This document shows, in pieces, positions 1-8,325 of a stretch of 64,000 bases of DNA. A program made the position numbers and the translations under genes. This DNA comes from Ignavibacteriota bacterium (GTDB lineage Bacteria > Bacteroidota > Ignavibacteria > Ignavibacteriales > Melioribacteraceae). The number at the start of each line of letters is the position of its first letter. The first letter of the stretch is position 1. Location: NCBI GenBank assembly GCA_016716225.1, contig JADJWT010000001.1:1657726-1721725 (forward strand), written 5' to 3'. Below the pieces are notes generated by a model. That model had not been told where the DNA came from. It worked only from the letters and a program-made list of their open reading frames with translations, and did not search any database.

Positions 1-47
1 CTTTAGGCTACAATACTTATGAATATATAGCATAGGAGAATTAAAAA

Positions 48-734
48 ATGATTGATGGAATTTCAACAACAATTGCAACAACACCAGAGTATGCAACTGA
101 AAGTAAAAGCTCGTTAGATAAAGATGCATTTCTGCAATTAATGATCGCTCAGTTAAAAAATCAAGATCCGCTTGAACCGATGGATGGAACAGATTACTCG
201 GCACAGCTTGCTCAATTCAGTTCTTTGGAACAATTAAAAAATATCAATGATAGTTTAAATAATAGTATTGATGCAAATTATTTATTAACGCAATCTGTTA
301 ATAATACAATGACCGCAACACTAATTGGTAAAAATGCAAAAATTGCCGCAGATACAATTGCTTATGAAGGCCAAGAAAGTACATCTTTTGGATACGAACT
401 TCCGGCAAATGCAAGTGATTTGACAGTTGTTGTTAAAAATTCATCCGGAGTTGTTGTAAAAGAATTTAGTGATTTGGAAAAAACTGAAGGCATCTATAAA
501 CTTGATTGGGATTTTACCGATAATGAAGGTGATATAGTTCAAGAAGATGAATATACTTTTGAACTAAAAGCAAAAACTCTAAATGGTGAAGATATGACAG
601 TTGCCCAATATTTAATTGGAACAATTGAGGGAGTTAGATTCGGAAGTTCGGGTACATCAATATTGGTAAACGGCTTAGAGTATTTAGTATCAGATGTTTT
701 TGAAATTTTACAAAACGAACATAAGTCAAAATAA
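48..734 (+). CDS. flgD: flagellar hook capping/assembly protein FlgD
   Basis: Carries the canonical FlgD N-terminal signature DKDAFLQLMIAQLKNQDPLEPMD. An AGGAG RBS lies at 34-38, and the gene sits directly upstream of the hook gene. Confidence 0.9.
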   Translation: MIDGISTTIATTPEYATESKSSLDKDAFLQLMIAQLKNQDPLEPMDGTDYSAQLAQFSSLEQLKNINDSLNNSIDANYLLTQSVNNTMTATLIGKNAKIAADTIAYEGQESTSFGYELPANASDLTVVVKNSSGVVVKEFSDLEKTEGIYKLDWDFTDNEGDIVQEDEYTFELKAKTLNGEDMTVAQYLIGTIEGVRFGSSGTSILVNGLEYLVSDVFEILQNEHKSK

Positions 735-743
735 AGGTGAAAA

Positions 744-1118
744 ATGGCAAACATGATTAATGGAATAAATGTTCCTTTTGTTCCAATAGTTAAGCCAGAG
801 CATCCAGCAAATAATATTAAAGAAGGAAGTTCAAATTTTGACTCAATCTTTAAAACTGAACTTGAGAAATTAAAATTCTCAAATCATGCAACAAAAAGAA
901 TTGAATCAAGAGAACTGGAATTATCCAACGAAGATATTAACAAGCTGCAGAATGCCGTAATTAAAGCCGAAGCTAAAGGAGCAAAAGATTCACTAGTTAT
1001 GATGAACAATAAAGCGTTCATTGTAAATATTCCAAACAAAACAGTAATTACAGCTTTAAATGTTGAAAAAAGTACTGAAAATATTTTTACAAATATTGAC
1101 AGTGTAGTTTTTGCTTAA
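744..1118 (+). CDS. small flagellar operon protein of unknown function (family typically found between flgD and flgE)
   Basis: The position between flgD and flgE matches Firmicute/spirochaete fla operons. The segment KFSNHATKRIESRELELS...NKAFIVNIPNKTVITAL resembles that small family from memory. An AAGGTG RBS lies upstream. Confidence 0.55.
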   Translation: MANMINGINVPFVPIVKPEHPANNIKEGSSNFDSIFKTELEKLKFSNHATKRIESRELELSNEDINKLQNAVIKAEAKGAKDSLVMMNNKAFIVNIPNKTVITALNVEKSTENIFTNIDSVVFA

Positions 1119-1138
1119 AATTAATTAACTAAATAAAC

Positions 1139-1192
1139 GGGCGGGACCTTCAAAGGACGCCCAGATTCAACTGACCGACTGATGTTGAATCT
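1139..1192 (+). promoter_or_regulatory. structured GC-rich leader element upstream of flgE (two adjacent hairpins)
   Basis: Hairpin 1 pairs GGGCG (1139-1143) with CGCCC (1158-1162), with inner CCT/AGG pairing and GGA motifs. Hairpin 2 pairs AGATTCAAC (1163-1171) with GTTGAATCT (1184-1192) around a 12-nt loop. No T-tract follows, so it is not a classic terminator. Confidence 0.35.
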
Positions 1193-1219
1193 TACTTAAA
1201 AAAACCTTAGGAGGTTAAA

Positions 1220-2860
1220 ATGTCTCTTATTAATTCCCTATTTGCCGGAGTTTCCGGTATCAGAAATCATCAAGCAATGTTAGATGTTATTGGAAACAAC
1301 ATTGCAAACGTAAACTCAATTGGTTATAAAGGCAGTAGAGTTACTTTTAGTGATACTTTCAATCAATTTATTCGTTACGGAACTAACCCAACAGATACTG
1401 CCGGTGGTACAAATACTTTCCAAGTTGGATTAGGAATGAAACTAAATTCAGTAGATAGAAACTGGAACCAAGGTACATTTGAAAGAACCGGAATTACAAC
1501 TGATTTAGCTTTACAAGGCGATGGATTATTTGTTCTTAAGAAAAATGGTGAAACTTTTTACTCAAGAGCCGGTGCATTTATATTTGATGCGGACGGACAA
1601 TTAGTAAATCCACAAAACGGTGCAATTGTACAAGGTAAAGTTGCAACGGAAGACGGAACAGTTCCTCCCGGAAATAATTTAGAAAATATTGTAATAGATT
1701 CAAACTTAAGATTGCCTGCTGTTCCTACAACTGATATAGTTTGGGATGGAAATCTTGACAGTACTTCATCACTAACAAGATCAGAAGAATTCGTACAAAC
1801 CGGAAATTTACAGAATAATGTTGCTGTTGGAACCGAACAAGCAAGCGAAGCTGTAGTTTATGATGATTTTGGTAATGAATATTCTTTTACAACAAGTTAT
1901 GTTAAAACAGCAGATAATACTTATGATTTAACTTATGAATTATTGGATAGCGAAGGAAATCCGACTTCTCCGGCAGTTGGACCAGTAACAGTTGAAGTTG
2001 AATTTGATCCTGCTACTGGAACAATGACAACTTTTGATGGGGCGGCTCCAGTGGCATTTGATATTACTGAAACAAATTTGGGAATAAATTTTTCTTTTAA
2101 TCCAACCGGTGTTGAAGAGGGTGCAACTAAAACTTTAAGTTCCGTTGTTGATAGCAACAGAAAACCTACAATTGTTGCCGGTACGGTTTCTATTTTTGAT
2201 TCTTTAGGAAATGCTCATACGATGGAATTAAAATTTACAAAGATTGATGCAAACAACTGGAAATGGGTAACTGAAATGCCAGCAGCAAGCGGTACATTAG
2301 CTGGTGGCGAAGGAACTATTTCATTTAATTCAGATGGATCGATTGCTTCAATTGCACCAAATCCTCCGGTGTTAACTTTTTCACCAATTGGCGGTGCATC
2401 GCAGGAAAATATTGAATTGAATCTTGGTGAAGGTTTTGAAGGTATTACACAAATTTCCGGAAGTTCTGTGGTTTCAGCTGCTTCACAAAATGGTTCTGCA
2501 GCAGCTTCTTTAGCAAATATCAGTATTGATCAATACGGTTATATAGAAGGTGTATTTACAAACGGACAATCAAGAAAATTAGCTCAAATTTTGGTTTCAA
2601 CATTTCCGAATAGAAATGCTTTAACATCTGTTGGCGAAAATATGTATACAATATCTGCAAATGCCGGCGAGCCATATATCAGTGAACCCGGAGAAACAAG
2701 TAATACAACAATTCAATCCGGCGCTTTGGAGCAATCAAACGTAGATCTTTCGGAAGAATTTACAAGAATGATTGTTTCACAAAGAGGTTTCCAAGCGAAC
2801 TCAAGGGTAATAACTGTATCGGATACTTTACTTCAAGAAATTACAAATTTAGTTAGATAA
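1220..2860 (+). CDS. flgE: flagellar hook protein FlgE
   Basis: The N-terminus MSLINSLFAGVSGIRNHQAMLDVIGNNIANVNSIGYK and the C-terminus GALEQSNVDLSEEFTRMIVSQRGFQANSRVITVSDTLLQEI are rod/hook family signatures. At 546 aa the size is typical of a hook protein. A strong TAGGAGG RBS precedes it. Confidence 0.92.
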   Translation: MSLINSLFAGVSGIRNHQAMLDVIGNNIANVNSIGYKGSRVTFSDTFNQFIRYGTNPTDTAGGTNTFQVGLGMKLNSVDRNWNQGTFERTGITTDLALQGDGLFVLKKNGETFYSRAGAFIFDADGQLVNPQNGAIVQGKVATEDGTVPPGNNLENIVIDSNLRLPAVPTTDIVWDGNLDSTSSLTRSEEFVQTGNLQNNVAVGTEQASEAVVYDDFGNEYSFTTSYVKTADNTYDLTYELLDSEGNPTSPAVGPVTVEVEFDPATGTMTTFDGAAPVAFDITETNLGINFSFNPTGVEEGATKTLSSVVDSNRKPTIVAGTVSIFDSLGNAHTMELKFTKIDANNWKWVTEMPAASGTLAGGEGTISFNSDGSIASIAPNPPVLTFSPIGGASQENIELNLGEGFEGITQISGSSVVSAASQNGSAAASLANISIDQYGYIEGVFTNGQSRKLAQILVSTFPNRNALTSVGENMYTISANAGEPYISEPGETSNTTIQSGALEQSNVDLSEEFTRMIVSQRGFQANSRVITVSDTLLQEITNLVR

Positions 2861-2873
2861 TATATTCAAAAAA

Positions 2874-2905
2874 TGGGGACCAGTAAAATGATCCCCAAAT
2901 TTCTT
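2874..2905 (+). terminator. candidate rho-independent terminator/attenuator after flgE
   Basis: The stem pairs TGGGGA (2874-2879) with TCCCCA (2892-2897) around a 12-nt loop, followed by AAATTTCTT. It lies 14 nt after the flgE stop. Confidence 0.5.
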
Positions 2906-3027
2906 CCCTTAATATTATAATTTAGTAAAGTTGATCAAATGGTCAATATTCTACAATTACAATAAATCATAATATTAAAAAACCCACTTTTTTCTATTTA
3001 ACTTAATTTTTTCTTCATTTTTGCTAA

Positions 3028-3052
3028 TGGCATACCAATTGAAATTATAAAT
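3028..3052 (+). promoter_or_regulatory. candidate -24/-12-type (sigma-54-like geometry) promoter upstream of fliL
   Basis: The sequence TGGCATACCAATTGAAATTATAAAT has GG and G spaced exactly as in the TGGCAC-N5-TTGCW consensus, but -12 reads GA rather than GC. It matches 18/25 positions with a second site at 12356-12380. Confidence 0.3.
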
Positions 3053-3069
3053 AAAAATTGGAGATAAGA

Positions 3070-3645
3070 ATGGCCGAAGAAGAAAAAAAAGAAGCTAAAA
3101 GCGAAAAACCAGCTAAAAAAGGTTTCAACTTTAAAGTTATTCTAATTGGACTCCCACTTTTTATTGTACAACTTGTTTTGGTTTACTTTATTACAGCAAA
3201 TTTTTTAGTGAAAAGTGCTCCAGCTGCAAATGAAAAACATGAAGGCGAAAATGTTGAACATGCGGAATCAGATGAAGCTGAGGAAGGTGAAGAATCAGAA
3301 GATTCCGAACATTCTGAAGAAGGTGATGAACATGGTAAAAGTGGAAATCAAATATTCAGTATTGAAGATTTAATAATTAATCCGGCTGGAACAAGCGGAC
3401 AAAGATTATTATTACTTTCTGTAGGATTTGGAGTTTCGAACGAAGAAAAAGCAACAATGCTTAAAGAAAATGAAGTTGTGATAAAAGATATGATTCTAAA
3501 TTCAATGTCGCAGAAATCATTATCAGATTTAAGCAGAGTTGAATTAAAAGATTCCTTAAAAATCGAAATTGCAAATCAAGTAAATAAATTGCTGCCAAAG
3601 GCAAAAATTAAAAATGTTTATTTCAGTAAATACGTATTAAATTAA
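3070..3645 (+). CDS. fliL: flagellar basal-body-associated protein FliL
   Basis: It has one N-terminal TM helix (VILIGLPLFIVQLVLVYFITANFLV). The C-terminal part FSIEDLIINPAGTSGQRLLLLSVGF...LKDSLKIEIANQVNKLL is typical of FliL. I prefer the ATG at 3070, preceded by GGAG, over the TTG at 3058. The gene precedes fliM. Confidence 0.8.
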   Translation: MAEEEKKEAKSEKPAKKGFNFKVILIGLPLFIVQLVLVYFITANFLVKSAPAANEKHEGENVEHAESDEAEEGEESEDSEHSEEGDEHGKSGNQIFSIEDLIINPAGTSGQRLLLLSVGFGVSNEEKATMLKENEVVIKDMILNSMSQKSLSDLSRVELKDSLKIEIANQVNKLLPKAKIKNVYFSKYVLN

Positions 3646-3646
3646 A

Positions 3647-4633
3647 ATGGCAGAAGTATTATCCCAACAAGAAATTGATGCGCTGTTAAATAGCGCAGAT
3701 TCCGGTTCAACAAAAACCGAACTTGAAAATCTCAAAATAGAAAGAGAAGTTATTCCTTTTGATTTTAGATTGCCGAATCGTATTTCTAAAAATCAACTTA
3801 GAACAATTCATAATATAAATGAAAACTTTGCAGAAATGTTTAGTTCATTTTTAATGTCAAAACTTCAAACAATTGTAAATTGTAATGTAACTTCCGTAGA
3901 TCAAATCTATTATTCTGAATATGTTTTGTCAGTTTCAAATCCCGCTTGCTTATTTACTTTTGATATTAACCAGACAGATATAAAAGGAATTCTGGAATTT
4001 AGTTCAGAATTTGCTCTTACTTTAGTAGATAGATTATTAGGCGGAAATGGAAAGGGTTCAAAAAACTCTCAAGTAATTACTCCAATTGAACAAAAAGTTT
4101 TGGAAGTTGTTATAAACAAAATTCTTCATGATTTAGGAAAAGCTTGGCAGATAATTGGTGATTACACTTTTAAGATTGATAAGTTTGAGCCGGATATAGA
4201 TTTTGTTCAAATTACATCACAAAGTGAAAGTGTGCTTTTAATAACTTTTGAAGTTCATATCGGCGAACAAAGTTATATGATGAATTTATGTTTTGCAACA
4301 TATGCGTTTGACACAATTTTATCAAAACTTACAAATCAAAATTTATCTTCTATTAGACCAATAAAATATGCCGGAACAACAGCACAGAATATTTTAACTG
4401 AACATCTGAAAAAAACCGAATTAAATCTTGAAGTAGAATTTGGAAAATCATCTATTAAATTCAGTCAGTTATTAAAACTAAAAATTGGGGATGTTATTTT
4501 ATTGAATAATCAAGTTGGCGATGAAATAAAAATTAGTGTTGAAAAAAAGCATATGTTTTATGGTATTTCCGGAGTTGTAAACAATCACAAAGCAGTTAAG
4601 ATTACAAAAAAGGTAGATAAAAGGAAAAACTAA
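3647..4633 (+). CDS. fliM: flagellar motor switch protein FliM
   Basis: The N-terminus LSQQEIDALL is the CheY-P binding motif. The size is 328 aa, the central region contains LVDRLLGG, and the position is between fliL and fliN. Confidence 0.9.
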   Translation: MAEVLSQQEIDALLNSADSGSTKTELENLKIEREVIPFDFRLPNRISKNQLRTIHNINENFAEMFSSFLMSKLQTIVNCNVTSVDQIYYSEYVLSVSNPACLFTFDINQTDIKGILEFSSEFALTLVDRLLGGNGKGSKNSQVITPIEQKVLEVVINKILHDLGKAWQIIGDYTFKIDKFEPDIDFVQITSQSESVLLITFEVHIGEQSYMMNLCFATYAFDTILSKLTNQNLSSIRPIKYAGTTAQNILTEHLKKTELNLEVEFGKSSIKFSQLLKLKIGDVILLNNQVGDEIKISVEKKHMFYGISGVVNNHKAVKITKKVDKRKN

Positions 4634-4634
4634 A

Positions 4635-5093
4635 ATGGCAAAGAATTTAGAAAATAATTCAGACAAATCTTCAATGAATGTTGAATCCAAAGGTCATGTT
4701 GATATGAGTGAAGAAGAAGCCGAAGCTCAAATGCTTGCTGCATTGGAAGCTGCAAATTCAGAATCATCTGTAAATGCAAGCGTTGCTGATTTCCCGAAAT
4801 TTAATGAGTCGAAAAAACGTGGATTCTTTGAAGATGATAAATTAGAATTTCTTAAAGACCTTCAGCTAAATGTTTACATTGAACTCGGAAGAACCAAAAT
4901 GGAAATTAAAGATATTTTGGAATTAGAAAGAGGATATGTAATTGAATTAGAAAAACTTGCAAGCGAACCGGTTGATGTTTACGTGAATAACAAAAAAATT
5001 GCAGAAGGTGAAGTTGTTGTAATTGATAAACATTTTGGAATAAGAATTACAAATCTATTAGAAGCAAACGAAAGACTGCAAGGTGTTAAATAG
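4635..5093 (+). CDS. fliN: flagellar motor switch protein FliN
   Basis: The C-terminal SpoA-type domain is LQLNVYIELGRTKMEIKDILELERGYVIELEKLASEPVDVYVNNKKIAEGEVVVIDKHFGIRIT. Confidence 0.88.
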   Translation: MAKNLENNSDKSSMNVESKGHVDMSEEEAEAQMLAALEAANSESSVNASVADFPKFNESKKRGFFEDDKLEFLKDLQLNVYIELGRTKMEIKDILELERGYVIELEKLASEPVDVYVNNKKIAEGEVVVIDKHFGIRITNLLEANERLQGVK

Positions 5094-5437
5094 TGAAAGC
5101 ATGGGATATTATTCAAATTTTTTTAATTCTTGCTGTTATGGTAGGAATTATGTACGGACTCTTATTTTTAGTAAAAAAATATTTATATACATTTGATAAA
5201 AAAGGAAATAATTCAGCAAAAGTTAAAATCATATCAACACAAGCACTACTTCCTAAAAAATTTGTTTCAGTAATTGAATTTAACAGCAACATTTATTTGC
5301 TCGGAATTTCAGAACAATCTGTAAATCTTTTAGATAAATTTGATGAAAGTAATTTTATTCAAGAACCAATTGATAATTCTGCAAAACCCAAACAAAATTT
5401 TCTAAATCTGCTAAAAGCTAATATGGGTATAAAATGA
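5093..5437 (+). CDS. fliO: flagellar biosynthesis protein FliO/FliZ
   Basis: It has a single N-terminal TM helix and the motif KVKIISTQALLPKKFVSVIEFNSNIYLLGISEQSVNLL. The start is GTG, overlapping the fliN stop. The gene lies immediately before fliP. Confidence 0.65.
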   Translation: MKAWDIIQIFLILAVMVGIMYGLLFLVKKYLYTFDKKGNNSAKVKIISTQALLPKKFVSVIEFNSNIYLLGISEQSVNLLDKFDESNFIQEPIDNSAKPKQNFLNLLKANMGIK

Positions 5438-6195
5438 AAAAATATTTACTCATATTAATTTTCGTAATTTCAATTATCCCTTTTGAAAAGTACTTAATTG
5501 CGCAAAGTTCACAAACAATTCCAATTCCTAATATTGGAATTAATGTTGGTTCATCAGATAAGCCGGAAGATTTAGCAGTTACGTTACAATTATTATTATT
5601 GCTTACAATTTTATCTTTAGCTCCATCAATATTGATAATGACAACATCATTTTTAAGAATAATAATAGTTTTTAATTTCCTTAAAACAGCGTTGGGAACT
5701 CAGCAAATGCCGCCAAATCAGCTTTTAGCCGGTGTTGCATTGTTTATAACATTTTTTGTAATGACACCAACTTGGAATGAGTTTAATGAAAAAGCACTTC
5801 AACCTTATCTTGATAAAAAGATTACAATTCAAGAAGCTTATGATAAAGGGATTGAACCAATTAGTACTTTTATGTTAAGAAATACAAGACCGGAAGAATT
5901 AAAATTTTTTATTCAACTTGCAGATATGCCGCAACCAAAAAATCATAAAGATTTGCCGATACATGTTTTAATTCCAGCTTTTGTATTAAGTGAATTGCGC
6001 GCTGGATTTATTATTGGATTTTTTCTCTTCATTCCTTTTGTAATGGTTGATATGATTGTATCAAGCATTTTAATGTCAATGGGTATGATGATGCTTCCGC
6101 CGATGATGATTTCAATGCCATTTAAAATATTACTTTTTGTTTTAGTAGATGGTTGGAGTTTAATAATTGGATCAATAGTAAGAGGGATAAATTAA
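5434..6195 (+). CDS. fliP: flagellar type III export apparatus protein FliP
   Basis: Contains the motifs LTILSLAPSILIMTTSFLRIIIVFNFLKTALGTQQMPPNQLL and FVLSELRAGFIIGF, which are characteristic of FliP. Confidence 0.93.
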   Translation: MKKYLLILIFVISIIPFEKYLIAQSSQTIPIPNIGINVGSSDKPEDLAVTLQLLLLLTILSLAPSILIMTTSFLRIIIVFNFLKTALGTQQMPPNQLLAGVALFITFFVMTPTWNEFNEKALQPYLDKKITIQEAYDKGIEPISTFMLRNTRPEELKFFIQLADMPQPKNHKDLPIHVLIPAFVLSELRAGFIIGFFLFIPFVMVDMIVSSILMSMGMMMLPPMMISMPFKILLFVLVDGWSLIIGSIVRGIN

Positions 6196-6464
6196 TGTCA
6201 ATAGATTTAGTAATAGAAATTCTAAGCGAAGCTTTTTTTGCGGTTTTATTAATTCTAATTCCAATTTTGGGTTCTGGATTAATAGTCGGAGTTATAATTT
6301 CTATTTTTCAAGCTGCAACTTCTATTCAAGAATCAACACTAACTTTTGTTCCGAAATTAATCATAACTGCAGTAACTATAATAATTGCTTTGCCATTTAT
6401 TACAGATAAAATGGTTTCATTCACTCACAAAATTTTTAGTCTAATTGAAACGGTTGTAAAATGA
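6195..6464 (+). CDS. fliQ: flagellar type III export apparatus protein FliQ
   Basis: MSIDLVIEILSEAFFAVLL...FQAATSIQESTLTFVPKLI matches FliQ. I prefer the ATG at 6195, which forms a TAATG overlap with the fliP stop and gives a typical 89-aa FliQ. The track ORF from 6153 overlaps fliP. Confidence 0.9.
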   Translation: MSIDLVIEILSEAFFAVLLILIPILGSGLIVGVIISIFQAATSIQESTLTFVPKLIITAVTIIIALPFITDKMVSFTHKIFSLIETVVK

Positions 6465-7237
6465 CGGGAATATTGATTGCAGATTTTCTAACCGGATTAA
6501 TGATATTTATTAGAATTGGGGTTATGTTTTCTTTTGCACCGTTATATAGCAATACTTCAATACCAACATTGCTGAGATTAGCATTAGCATTGGTTGTAAC
6601 GTATATTGTTTTCTTTAGTGTTGAAACTTATCCTTTTACCGAAAATGATCATTTCATATTTGTTATAATTTTTGCAATTAAAGAAGCGTTGGTTGGAATA
6701 ACAATGGCATTTGTAATTAGCATTATATTCCAAGGTATTTCTTTCGCTGGTTTATTAGTGGGAAGAGATATGGGTTTGGCAATGTCTTCAATGTTTGATC
6801 CCGTAACCGGAGATGATGGAAATATTATAGCAACTTTGCTTTCAATGGCAGCAGTTATTGTTTTTATTTTAATTAATGGCCACCAATTTATAATTGAATC
6901 TTTGGCTTATTCATTCAAAGTTATTCCACTTGGTGGGTTTAAAATTACTCAAAATGCTTTGGATTTAATTATTAAATACAGTGGGAGTATTTTTATTTTA
7001 TCAATAAAAATCTCTTCACCAATTCTTGTTGCATTTTTCTTAATTCATTTAGCAAGTGCAATAATTGCAAGAGTTAGTCCGTCTTTCCAAGTGTTTTTTG
7101 TTTTACTTCCTCTTAAAATTGGCTTAGGATTATTTTTAGTTGCTTTGGTAATGCCGCTCTATGTTTACCTTTTCAGAACTTTAATTTATGAATATGAAGA
7201 AAAACTATTTGAAATTGTTAAAGCAATAGGTAACTGA
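6461..7237 (+). CDS. fliR: flagellar type III export apparatus protein FliR
   Basis: A polytopic 258-aa membrane protein whose start forms an ATGA overlap with fliQ. It follows the conserved fliPQR order. Confidence 0.88.
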   Translation: MTGILIADFLTGLMIFIRIGVMFSFAPLYSNTSIPTLLRLALALVVTYIVFFSVETYPFTENDHFIFVIIFAIKEALVGITMAFVISIIFQGISFAGLLVGRDMGLAMSSMFDPVTGDDGNIIATLLSMAAVIVFILINGHQFIIESLAYSFKVIPLGGFKITQNALDLIIKYSGSIFILSIKISSPILVAFFLIHLASAIIARVSPSFQVFFVLLPLKIGLGLFLVALVMPLYVYLFRTLIYEYEEKLFEIVKAIGN

Positions 7238-7238
7238 G

Positions 7239-8324
7239 ATGGCAGAATTAGACGGACAAGAAAAGACCGAGCAAGCGACTAGTAAACGTCAGCTTGATAC
7301 CAGAGAAAAAGGTCAAGCTCCTAAAAGTCAAGAATTAAATTCACTAGCGGTTTTTACTACTGGATTATTTGTTCTGTTTTTAACTAAAGATTATTTAGGC
7401 GGAAAATTATGGGATATAAGCGTTTATATTTTTTCATCGCTAGATACTCTTGAAATTAGTGCAGATATTCTTAGTATGTACATGATAAAAGGTGCATTGT
7501 TTTTTATTCTTTCTATGTTCCCGGTTTTTATTGGAATTATATTAGTTTCTTTAGCAGTCGGCTATGGTCAAGTGGGATTTAAAATTACACCTAAAGCACT
7601 TGAACCAAAATTCTCCAAACTTGATCCCATTAAAGGATTTAAGAATAGTTTTTTAACAACAAGACCTTTAGTTGAAACAATAAAATCAATTGTAAAACTA
7701 AGTGCAATAGGAATTTTCTCATATATCTTTTTGGAAGATATGATTCTAAATTCTATTGGATTAGTAAATTTCACAATACAAGAAATAGTTAATTACACAA
7801 TAGAAAATTCAATTGATTTTTTATGGAGAGTATCGCTTGTTTATATAGTTATAGCTTTTTCAGATTTTGCTTATCAAAAATTTAAACACAAAAAAGATTT
7901 GATGATGACAAAGCAAGAAGTAAAAGAAGAGCGCAAACAAACAGAAGGCGATCCACAAATTAAATCTCAAATAAGAAGTAAACAAATTGAAATGGCACGA
8001 AAAAGAATGTTGGATGACGTTCCGAAAGCAGATGTTGTAATTACTAACCCAACTCACTTTGCTGTTGCTCTAAAATATGATATTGGAAAAAGTACAGCTC
8101 CAAAAGTAATTGCAAAAGGTCAAGATTTATTAGCACAAAAAATTAAAGAAATAGCTAAACAGCACAATATTCCTTTACATGAAGATGTTCAATTGGCAAG
8201 AGCACTTTACAAGGCATGTGAAATTGGTCAAGAAATTCCGGAAACATTATTTAAAGCTGTCGCTCAAATTTTAGCTTATATATTTAAACTTAAAAATGAG
8301 AAAAAAAGAAAAAGCATAATATAG
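7239..8324 (+). CDS. flhB: flagellar export switch protein FlhB
   Basis: The N-terminus reads DGQEKTEQATSKRQLDTREKGQAPKS. The autocleavage motif NPTH is present in VITNPTHFAVALKY. Confidence 0.92.
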   Translation: MAELDGQEKTEQATSKRQLDTREKGQAPKSQELNSLAVFTTGLFVLFLTKDYLGGKLWDISVYIFSSLDTLEISADILSMYMIKGALFFILSMFPVFIGIILVSLAVGYGQVGFKITPKALEPKFSKLDPIKGFKNSFLTTRPLVETIKSIVKLSAIGIFSYIFLEDMILNSIGLVNFTIQEIVNYTIENSIDFLWRVSLVYIVIAFSDFAYQKFKHKKDLMMTKQEVKEERKQTEGDPQIKSQIRSKQIEMARKRMLDDVPKADVVITNPTHFAVALKYDIGKSTAPKVIAKGQDLLAQKIKEIAKQHNIPLHEDVQLARALYKACEIGQEIPETLFKAVAQILAYIFKLKNEKKRKSII

Positions 8325-8325
8325 T

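Noticed and set aside
539-754. This is a representative minus-strand shadow ORF inside a flagellar gene. The same applies to 1933-2157, 4499-4690, 7568-7774, 7860-8057, 8271-8489, 18249-18461, 18839-19036, 19647-19853, 20357-20707, 20996-21363, 22254-22646, 23123-23374, 23750-23965 and 24161-24457.
   Set aside because: Each lies antisense to a long ORF with clear family motifs. Their translations are low-complexity with no recognisable motifs, and no RBS is evident. This is typical antisense open frame in AT-rich DNA.
6153-6194. N-terminal extensions offered by the ORF track for fliQ (6153), flhF (10331), csrA (27576), the aminotransferase (39385) and the S46 peptidases (43589, 47356).
   Set aside because: Each extension overlaps the preceding gene or a terminator. 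Each is followed by an internal ATG with a better RBS, which gives the family-typical N-terminus or signal peptide.
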